Below are positions 27,702 through 35,755 of a DNA stretch of 64,000 nucleotides, in pieces. The position numbers and the translations under genes are program-made. The notes below the pieces were generated by a model that was not told where the DNA came from, searched no databases, and was given only the letters and a program-made list of their open reading frames with translations. Each line of letters starts with the position of its first letter. The first letter of the stretch is position 1. The DNA comes from Gammaproteobacteria bacterium (GTDB lineage Bacteria; Pseudomonadota; Gammaproteobacteria; Poriferisulfidales; Poriferisulfidaceae): contig JAPPLD010000020.1 in NCBI GenBank assembly GCA_028819565.1, forward strand, positions 32,099-96,098, read 5' to 3'.

Positions 27702-30119
27702 ATGGCGGAAGGCAGGGCAGAGACAGAGGGCTTGGAGATTGCGGCAGAAAAGGCGATGGAACCCTCGTTCGGGAATGCCTTGCTGTATTTCCAGTCTCTC
27801 GCGGTTTTCCCCCTTATTGTTTGCGCTGCCATGTACGGTGGTTGGTGGATCGCGGGCCCGATCCTCTTCATTATCCTTGTTGAAAGTCTCGATGGCGCCT
27901 TTGGAGAGGAAGAGCGCAACATGGATCCGGACCGGACGTCCGCAAACCAATTGCACTGGTACGAATTGAGCCTCTGGTTATGGGCGATTCTCTGGCCCGC
28001 GACACTGGTGTTCTCGCTCTGGCAGATTCTTGTTGTTGGGCATCTATCCGTTTGGGAAATTGTGCTGATGGCGTCGGTATTGGTGAATGTCGGCCAGGCG
28101 GTCTTCATCATCGGCCATGAACTGGTTCATCGGCAGGCTGCCTGGGAACGCTGGTTTGGTGAGTTTCTGCTCGCCTCCTCTTCCTACCCGCATTACGCCA
28201 CTGAGCACATCTACGTTCATCACGCCCTCGCCTGCACGCCCATGGATTCCGGGACCGCCCCCAAGGGAGTGAGCTTCTGGCAACTCCTTCCGGGAGATTT
28301 GAAGGACAGCTTGGTCAAATCTTGGCGCTTCGCACGCAACCGGTTAGCCCGTCGGCGCCTGCCCGTCTGGCACTACACGAATCCGTTCTGGCGATACGCC
28401 ATTGGAGTCGCGGTGTGGTATTCGCTGGTTTATTGGATGGGTGGGCCGTGGGCATTGTTGATCTTCATCGCTCTTTGCTTCAGCGCAATCCTTTCGATGA
28501 AGATCATCAATTATGTCCAGCACTATGGGCTGCAGCGGGTTCTCTTGCCGAGCGGTCGGCACGAGAAAGTTCGGCCGCGGCATTCTTGGACTGCTTCCAG
28601 CAGGTTCACGAACTGGCTTTTCTATAACATGGAGCGCCATGCCGACCACCACCTCGAGGCAACCCGGCATTATCCGCTGTTGCAGCATTACGGCGAGGAC
28701 GAATCACCGAAATTGCCGGGAAGTTACCTCAAGATGGCAGGCCTCGCCATGTTTCCCCGCAAATGGTTCCGAACCATGGACCCATTGGTCGATCGCTGGC
28801 GCGCGAAATTCTATCCGCAGATCGAGGACTGGCGCACTTATGAAAGCCGGGCGTACGCCGCGTACCCGGGCGCATTCGAGGCAATCAGTGAAATCCTTGG
28901 CGCTGCGCCTCTCCTCGCCGAGTGGATTAACCACTCCCCAGAACTGCTCACGAATCTTCAGGACAGGGAGTTCACTGACCTTGACCTGCCGGATGGTTTT
29001 GGGCCGGACCCGGAATCCGAGAGAGTGGCCCGCAGCGGTCTTGTGCGCCTCTACTGGACGCGCGAGTTTGGGGTCTCCGAAATGGAAGAGCAGATTACGG
29101 AAGTCCCGTTCCAAGGGACTCGCGAGGCGGTGGAGATCGCCCGGCACTGGTCAAATGACAAGACGTTTCAGGTTGGCATGCATATTATGCGCGGCAACCT
29201 GTCGCCGGTCGAGGCAGGAACAGCGTTGTCCAATATCGCCGAAGCCTCGGTTTCTGCCTTGCTGCTGGCAGTCCAGAAAGTCCTTTCCAACCGCCACGTT
29301 TGGCAGGCCGGGGATGGCGTGGCAGTGGTGGCTTTGGGAGACCTCGCCAGCAGGGAAGTGGTGCCTGGGACCGAATTGCGTCTTATGATTGCCCATGGCA
29401 GCGGCAGTGCTCCCGGAGCCCATCACGAAGTGATTTGCCGCCGCTTCCTTGATGCGCTTCATTCGCTGTCGCGCAACCACCTGCTTTTCACATCAGCCCC
29501 GGGCGGGGGAGACGATAATGCCGTTCATTCCCTCACCGATTTCACGGAACTCTATCAGGCTGCCGGTTCGGTCAGGGAACTGTTAGACCTGGCTCGGGCA
29601 CGGTGTGTTTTCGAAACTGGCGACCCAGATATCGGGGAGCGATTTGCTGAAGCAAGACGCGAGATCCTGGCCTCCGACCCGACTTCGCAACGCATGATCG
29701 CCGAACTTCGCGGAATCACCGAAGGCACGGCCGACCCTGGCCTGTCCTCAATCGACGATATGCGGGGAGGTCGCCGAGACGTCGAACGCGCCGCCCGATT
29801 CTTGCAACTGACCCACGCGAATGACACTCCGGACATTCTGGTTCCCGATGCGGTCTCCATCTTCCGAACCGCAGGTGCCGGTGGCTTGATTTCGGCCGAG
29901 GTTGCAGCGCGGTTGGTGGAGGCCACGGAGATGTGGCAGAACTTGCGAGGCATACTGCGGCTGGCTATGGAAGACGATCTTCCAGTCGAAGCGGCAAGCG
30001 CGGAGGCTAAGGACATGATCGCCAGATCCTGCGGGCTGGACGATTTTGACGAGTTGACTGCCGCGATTCGTGAAACGGCTTCCCGTGCCGCTGCTGATAT
30101 TGAAGAAGTAATGACGTAA
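27702..30119 (+). CDS. fusion protein: N-terminal AlkB-like membrane di-iron hydroxylase domain plus C-terminal GlnE/GlnD-like nucleotidyltransferase-type domain (catalytic acidic pair degenerate)
   Basis: Strong RBS GAGGAGGG before ATG 27702 within ORF 27645..30119. N-terminal ~390 aa have TM helices and His boxes HELVHRQ, EHIYVHH, NYVQHYGL, ERHADHH. C-terminal ~430 aa resemble GlnE adenylyl-removase NT plus helical domains, but GAVVALGDLASREVVPGTELRLMIAHGSG replaces the G(S)x9-13DxD motif. Confidence 0.55.
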   Translation: MAEGRAETEGLEIAAEKAMEPSFGNALLYFQSLAVFPLIVCAAMYGGWWIAGPILFIILVESLDGAFGEEERNMDPDRTSANQLHWYELSLWLWAILWPATLVFSLWQILVVGHLSVWEIVLMASVLVNVGQAVFIIGHELVHRQAAWERWFGEFLLASSSYPHYATEHIYVHHALACTPMDSGTAPKGVSFWQLLPGDLKDSLVKSWRFARNRLARRRLPVWHYTNPFWRYAIGVAVWYSLVYWMGGPWALLIFIALCFSAILSMKIINYVQHYGLQRVLLPSGRHEKVRPRHSWTASSRFTNWLFYNMERHADHHLEATRHYPLLQHYGEDESPKLPGSYLKMAGLAMFPRKWFRTMDPLVDRWRAKFYPQIEDWRTYESRAYAAYPGAFEAISEILGAAPLLAEWINHSPELLTNLQDREFTDLDLPDGFGPDPESERVARSGLVRLYWTREFGVSEMEEQITEVPFQGTREAVEIARHWSNDKTFQVGMHIMRGNLSPVEAGTALSNIAEASVSALLLAVQKVLSNRHVWQAGDGVAVVALGDLASREVVPGTELRLMIAHGSGSAPGAHHEVICRRFLDALHSLSRNHLLFTSAPGGGDDNAVHSLTDFTELYQAAGSVRELLDLARARCVFETGDPDIGERFAEARREILASDPTSQRMIAELRGITEGTADPGLSSIDDMRGGRRDVERAARFLQLTHANDTPDILVPDAVSIFRTAGAGGLISAEVAARLVEATEMWQNLRGILRLAMEDDLPVEAASAEAKDMIARSCGLDDFDELTAAIRETASRAAADIEEVMT

Positions 30120-30196
30120 ACGACATCCTGCAGGCCAAGTGATACTGGAGGCACCAGTAGAATGGTTGCGAACGAGTACCGGTTTTGAAAGCGGAT

Positions 30197-32539
30197 ATGA
30201 GTCATAACACGCAGGAAGACGCAGAGTCGCACCAAAAGTTGAATCGCGGAATCCTGCGCAAGGTGGATGCCGCCGACCTCGGCGTGATCGAAATGCCGGC
30301 ATTGACGCCGCATCTTGAGTTTCGAGAGATTGGTGATGGACAGGTGCTTCTGGTCTCCGAACTGTTCAATACGCTGCTTCGCGGGTCAATCCATTCCGAT
30401 CTTCTGCCTCTTCTCGACGGTTCGCGTTCGCACCATGACATTGTGGCCGCTCTTTCCGGTACTTATTCGGAATCCAATATTCGGACGGCATTGGCAGCCC
30501 TTGCCTCAAGAGGCTATGTCGTCTCGGGTGATTATGCCTTGGAGCGAGAATCGGCGGCGTTCTGGTCTTCGTTGGGCGCTTCTCCCCGGTGGGCCGAAAA
30601 ACGCTTGGCAGCCTCGAAAATTTCGATGACCGGTGACGAGGGCAATATTGCCCGTCGGCTTGATGCCGCGGGCGTGACCATAGATGCGGATGGCCCGACC
30701 CTCTCCGTGGTGGTGTGCAAGGACTACCTTGAGCAGATGCATGAGGACATAAACCGGCGCCACATTGAGTCCGGCGTGCCGTGGATGCTGGTCAGGCCGA
30801 AGGGCATCCACCCTTTGTTCGGGCCGATTTTCCGGCCGGCGGAGCAGGGGCCGTGCTGGGCCTGTCTCGCCTATCGTCTTCGCGGCCACCAGGAAGTGCA
30901 CAATTTCCTGCGAAATTTCGCTGGTGCAGATGCCGCGTTTCTTCCTGGTGCCGCTGACCCCACCGTTCTGGATGCGATATACGGCCTTGCCGCGACTGAA
31001 ATCGCGAAATGGCTGGTTTTGGAAGAAATGGCGCCACTTCATGCACAGGCAATCTCGATCGATACCATTCGCCTGAAAAGCGAACACCATCAGGTTATGC
31101 GTCGCCCGCAGTGCTTCACATGTGGCGATGAGAGGCTGTACCGCGCTGACCGGCCACCGGAGCCGGTGCGGCTGAAGCCAAGCCCGAAAGACATCTGCAA
31201 CAGTGGTGGCGTGCGCTCAGTACCTCCAGAAAAGACTCTGGCCAAGTATCAGCGCCTGATCAGCCCCGTCAGCGGGGTCGTGTCGTGGGTTGCGCGTACT
31301 ACGGAGGAGACGGACCCATGGCTGCATGTCTATTGGGCGGGGAGCAATTTCGCACTGAGAAGCAGCGAACTGAATTCGTTGCGGCGGAGCCTGCGTAGCA
31401 AGAGCGCGGGCAAGGGAAGCACGCCGCGGCAGTCTGAAGCAAGTGCGCTTTGTGAGGCGATAGAACGCTACTCCGGGGCCTTTCATGGCGATGAGATTCG
31501 TTGTCGAAGACGTCTTGCGGATTTTCTCAAAGCCGGAGAATCCGAGGCGATCCATCCAAATGACGTTCAACTGTTCAGCGACCAGCAATTGAATAATGCC
31601 GAGCAACTCAATGCGCGCGGTCATCCTTACAATTTTGTCCCGGCGCGGTTCGACCCAGATGCAGAGGTGGATTGGTCGCCTGTGTGGTCGCTTACGCAGG
31701 GTCGGCATCGATACCTGCCGACATCTATGCTCTATGGAATGCTCGATGAACAACGAGGGAATTCAGGTCTCAAGGCGGATTCGAATGGCTGTGCTGCGGG
31801 CAACACGCTTGAGGAAGCCATCCTGCAAGGGTTCTTGGAATTGATCGAACGTGATGCTTTCGCTGTTTGGTGGTACAACCGACTTCGCTTGCCTGGAGTG
31901 GACCTGGAAAGCTTTGGAGACGATTATCTTGCATCCGCGCAGAATTACTACGGCGGTTTCAATCGTGAAATGTGGGTGTTGGATGTCACCCATGATTTCG
32001 GCATACCTACTTTTGTTGCCGTCTCGCGCCGGACTGACGAGGGAGAGGAAGACATTATCTACGGGGCCGGGGCGCACCTGGACCCACACATTGCAGCCTT
32101 ACGTGCGGTGTGCGAACTGAACCAGTTTTTGAACTGGGCCCAAGGGTCGGAGCGGGGGGGGTGCGGCCATGATGTTGACGAGCCATTGTGCCGATGGTGG
32201 TGGAAGAACGGGAAACTCGGGGATCATCCCTACTTGATGCCAGCGTCTGACGTCTCGTTACGCGGCAAGTCTGATTACCCCATCCCTGACACTGCGGATG
32301 TCAGAGAGGATGTGGAGCGATGCCGTGCACTGGTCGAAGCCAAAGGCTTGGAGTTCTTGGTTCTGGATCAGACGCGGCCAGACATCGGCATGCCGGTTGC
32401 AAGGGTCATCGTGCCCGGCTTGCGCCATTTCTGGGAACGTTTCGCGCCTGGGCGCCTGTTTGACGTGCCGGTCGAAATGGAATGGCGCGAAAGTCCTGTT
32501 GAGGAAACGGATCTCAATCCCATCCCGGTCATCGCCTGA
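30197..32539 (+). CDS. PatD/TruD-like azoline-forming cyclodehydratase (fused E1-like/RRE N-terminus plus YcaO domain)
   Basis: ORF 30185..32539 (TTG), with the likely start at ATG 30197. YcaO hallmark motifs GKGSTPRQSEASALCEAIERYSG and GCAAGNTLEEAILQGFLELIERDAFAVWWYN. About 780 aa, matching fused heterocyclases of cyanobactin/TOMM pathways. C-terminal PxPxP-like tail. Confidence 0.8.
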   Translation: MSHNTQEDAESHQKLNRGILRKVDAADLGVIEMPALTPHLEFREIGDGQVLLVSELFNTLLRGSIHSDLLPLLDGSRSHHDIVAALSGTYSESNIRTALAALASRGYVVSGDYALERESAAFWSSLGASPRWAEKRLAASKISMTGDEGNIARRLDAAGVTIDADGPTLSVVVCKDYLEQMHEDINRRHIESGVPWMLVRPKGIHPLFGPIFRPAEQGPCWACLAYRLRGHQEVHNFLRNFAGADAAFLPGAADPTVLDAIYGLAATEIAKWLVLEEMAPLHAQAISIDTIRLKSEHHQVMRRPQCFTCGDERLYRADRPPEPVRLKPSPKDICNSGGVRSVPPEKTLAKYQRLISPVSGVVSWVARTTEETDPWLHVYWAGSNFALRSSELNSLRRSLRSKSAGKGSTPRQSEASALCEAIERYSGAFHGDEIRCRRRLADFLKAGESEAIHPNDVQLFSDQQLNNAEQLNARGHPYNFVPARFDPDAEVDWSPVWSLTQGRHRYLPTSMLYGMLDEQRGNSGLKADSNGCAAGNTLEEAILQGFLELIERDAFAVWWYNRLRLPGVDLESFGDDYLASAQNYYGGFNREMWVLDVTHDFGIPTFVAVSRRTDEGEEDIIYGAGAHLDPHIAALRAVCELNQFLNWAQGSERGGCGHDVDEPLCRWWWKNGKLGDHPYLMPASDVSLRGKSDYPIPDTADVREDVERCRALVEAKGLEFLVLDQTRPDIGMPVARVIVPGLRHFWERFAPGRLFDVPVEMEWRESPVEETDLNPIPVIA

Positions 32540-32590
32540 AGTGCCGCTCTGCGGCAGCCGTATTTTCGATCTCGCACGCAGCTCGTTTCT

Positions 32591-33475
32591 CTATTCTTCG
32601 GACTTCTGGCCTGGCTTTGTGCCGGACAAGAAGTGGTAAGTGAACGCGCCTGCCTGCAGGCCTTTGTCAAAGTCGAGGGCGGCCCCCATGAATTCATGGT
32701 AGGCCAGATCCGGTCCCGGAGGAGGAGGGGTCAGAAATCCGAACCATGACCAGAATTTTCGGGTCATTTCTGTAGATGGGGCCACCTCTGCTGACAGATT
32801 TTTTTCCTGCACTTCGCGGAATCCCGCTTTTTCCAGGGCCACGCGCGCGTCGGACCACGTCACCAATGGGGGCATGCGAAAGCCCCACTGCATACTGGCG
32901 TGAACAGCCTCATGGGCTTCGGACAGGGGAACTCCGCTCAGCAAGCCTTCCAAAGCCTGCCAGCGACCGCCTGGCCTCAGAATTCGGTAGACACCCTGTA
33001 AGTAGGCATGTTTGTCGGGTGCGTAGCAGAATGATTCATGGTTCAACACTGCATCGAAACAAGCGTCGGGAAAGGGCATATCCATGAAATCGCCATGGTG
33101 GAACTCAACCAAGCCGCCGACTCCGCGCTGTTCCGCGAGTTCTGTCGCAACCGCGACATGGGATTCGCAATTAGTCAAACCGATGGCTTGGACTTTGTAC
33201 GTTTCCGCCAACCAGATCACCATTCCCCCGACGCCGCAGCCGGAGTCGAGGATCCGTTGCCCCGGCTTGAGATTGCATTCCTGTGTCAACGTCTGATTGG
33301 CGCGCAGTAGGGATTCGTAGTGGGATTTCGTGTCCGACCCCCAAAGCCCGAAATGGCAGGTAAGGAGGTCGCCTCCGCCGTATTTCACAATGGGGTCTGT
33401 CAACGCTTCATAATGAGCAGGAACAGAAGTTTCTTGTTCTTGGTCGCTTTTCGGAATTTGTTGCGGATTCGTCAT
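32591..33475 (-). CDS. class I SAM-dependent methyltransferase
   Basis: 294 aa. SAM-binding motif I RILDSGCGVGG, plus the acidic residue after beta-2 and motif post-I. Convergent with the cyclodehydratase gene. Confidence 0.75.
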   Translation of the reverse strand: MTNPQQIPKSDQEQETSVPAHYEALTDPIVKYGGGDLLTCHFGLWGSDTKSHYESLLRANQTLTQECNLKPGQRILDSGCGVGGMVIWLAETYKVQAIGLTNCESHVAVATELAEQRGVGGLVEFHHGDFMDMPFPDACFDAVLNHESFCYAPDKHAYLQGVYRILRPGGRWQALEGLLSGVPLSEAHEAVHASMQWGFRMPPLVTWSDARVALEKAGFREVQEKNLSAEVAPSTEMTRKFWSWFGFLTPPPPGPDLAYHEFMGAALDFDKGLQAGAFTYHFLSGTKPGQKSEE

Positions 33476-34596
33476 GGTAGCGCAGTTTAGGGCATCTATT
33501 GCAGTTTGGATAGTTTTGGGTCGCCATTTCTTTCTTTCCCTTTTAGGTGGCAGGTTTCAGGATCAGAACCAGTAATTGGGATTTTCCCACGACTGAGATG
33601 GTCACCATCATCTCAACCCCAACGGGCGTAGGATTGCCACCAGGCCCAGGCCCAGGTGTCACATCCGCAGGAGCGACGATTTCAGGCGGTGCGTCTTTCG
33701 CTTCGGGCGCAAGAACTTATGGGTCCACGGGGACGGGAATTATGATACCGCCGAGCAACGAATCCCATAATATATCTGTCCAATTCAGGCACATGGGTAC
33801 TCACAGAGGTAAGGCGCACTTCGCCGTCGAAGCCGACACGGCGAATCGATACTCTGCTGTCTGCAGAGGCTGCGGGCATTTTACTATCGGAGCATTTGTT
33901 AGTGGCGTAGTAGGCACCACGTGCTAAGCGGTGGCCGACAGGCCAGTCATTTGCCCGCCGCCGGGTGTAATGCCAGCGGTCGTTGATCGGAACCGACAGC
34001 GGCCTCCCCCATCGTCGCCTTGGATTCCGAGCCGGGGTTCAGCACTGCCGGCGCAATAGGCTGGAGAACCCGATTGCCCGGACCCCGGATCAAGCCCGGG
34101 GCAGGCGGCTTCGCTGCGGCAGTCTCCGCGACCCAACTTCAACAGTGGGTCTCAAGGGTATTCAATCACACAGGGGGTTACGCCGCGTTGCCGAGTGCAT
34201 CCATTGCATTTTTCTCACCCTGCGCCAACCCGGACGCCACGATCCAATGGTTTCAACAACTTGACGAAACCGGAGCCGGCAAGAATCGATGCCTACGGTT
34301 GGAGTCGGGTCTGGGTGGACACCAGCGTCATCGACGGCCGGGACGGGCACGGGTCATGCTCAAACCGAGCGGTTCCAAACCGTTCTCCCGGATGCGGTGG
34401 ATTGCTCATCGCCATGTTGCCATTCCTGCCGGTGGGGGTCGATCAGGTCAACTTGTTTCGTGAATTTCCCCGGAATTAGGCATGCTCGATGCTACACTGT
34501 AAAAATAAAAATTGGCATCGCCTCGAATCCAGCCATCAACAGCGTGGGCAAGCCATGTGCATCACTGGAGTTAATCCTTTCACTTGAGTCGTCGCT

Positions 34597-35706
34597 GTGA
34601 GTCTCGAAGAACAATGGGTCGCGACTGAAGACCGCCTTCTTCATGAAACGGAATCCCTGGGTGGGCTGCTTGGGCAATTAAGGGATCGTGTCTCTTCCGG
34701 TTTGATTGGTGACGAGGAGTGGGGGAAGATACTGGAACGTGCCCGCGGATTGCCTGTCACAATGGGTGCTTTTCCTTTCGGCTTCGAATTGCTCATGCAC
34801 GAATCACGGCCGGGGGCGGATTTCGGCGCGTCGCTGGTCGGGGGAAGCCAATCGGCGGCGTTCTTTGAGAAAAGGAGTAAAACGAAAGATGCGGACCCGG
34901 CTACTGCTGGAGTGGCTTGGTTGCTAAAGGAAACGGAACCAGAGAGCGCCCCCCTCCGACGCATCGCTGGCCGAAAGATGCTGCTCGAATATGATGTCGA
35001 TCAAATACCGTCTGGAGAATTTCCGGATCCCGGCATTTTTCTGTATCCTGCCGATCAGGTGTTGGCTGGCGATGGTTCCGATCAGCGCCTTCATGAACTA
35101 AGGATCGTGGCCGACGCGGTGGCTTCTGCGACGAACCGCAGGTTGAACGAAGCTGAGCACCGACAGATAGACCAGGTATTCTTGGCGATGAACCCGAATA
35201 CGAGTGTTCGGGCCGTTGGCGCTTTCCCGTCGCGAGCAAGGGAAATTCGATTGACGGCGACGGGATTCAGGAAGGCGGATGAGGTCGGGGAATTCCTGAA
35301 ACGCACGAACTGGCCTGGACAGCATTCTGCTGTGACTTCCACCGTGTCGCACTTGGAAGAACGCGAGGCTTTCGCCTATGTTGGAATCCACTACGATGTT
35401 GCGGAAAACGGTGTAGGCCCGACGCTCGGACTGAGTTTTTTCGCCAAGGAAGGGCAGTGGCTTAAAGATGTCCGACACTGGACTCCATTGATTGACAGCA
35501 TCCGCGAGGAACAACTCGCTGTTCCAGAGAAACTGTCGGAATTGGTCGCTTGGTCGTCGGGGTCGGAACCCTTATCCGGCAAGTCCGGTTCGTTTGTGCT
35601 GGTGCGCGGCATTCACCACATCAAATTTACACTGGTCGACGACCGGGTCGAGCAGGTCAAAGCATATATTTTTCTTCTTTTACTGGCATGGCCGTTGACC
35701 GGTTGA
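34597..35706 (+). CDS. hypothetical protein (RiPP-cluster associated, GTG start)
   Basis: 369 aa ORF with balanced composition and no recognisable motif. Sits between the modification genes and the RND exporter. Confidence 0.4.
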   Translation: MSLEEQWVATEDRLLHETESLGGLLGQLRDRVSSGLIGDEEWGKILERARGLPVTMGAFPFGFELLMHESRPGADFGASLVGGSQSAAFFEKRSKTKDADPATAGVAWLLKETEPESAPLRRIAGRKMLLEYDVDQIPSGEFPDPGIFLYPADQVLAGDGSDQRLHELRIVADAVASATNRRLNEAEHRQIDQVFLAMNPNTSVRAVGAFPSRAREIRLTATGFRKADEVGEFLKRTNWPGQHSAVTSTVSHLEEREAFAYVGIHYDVAENGVGPTLGLSFFAKEGQWLKDVRHWTPLIDSIREEQLAVPEKLSELVAWSSGSEPLSGKSGSFVLVRGIHHIKFTLVDDRVEQVKAYIFLLLLAWPLTG

Positions 35707-35755
35707 TTTTCCTTCAACGCCTTGGGCAATTTCCCTGCATGGGAGAAAGACGGAC

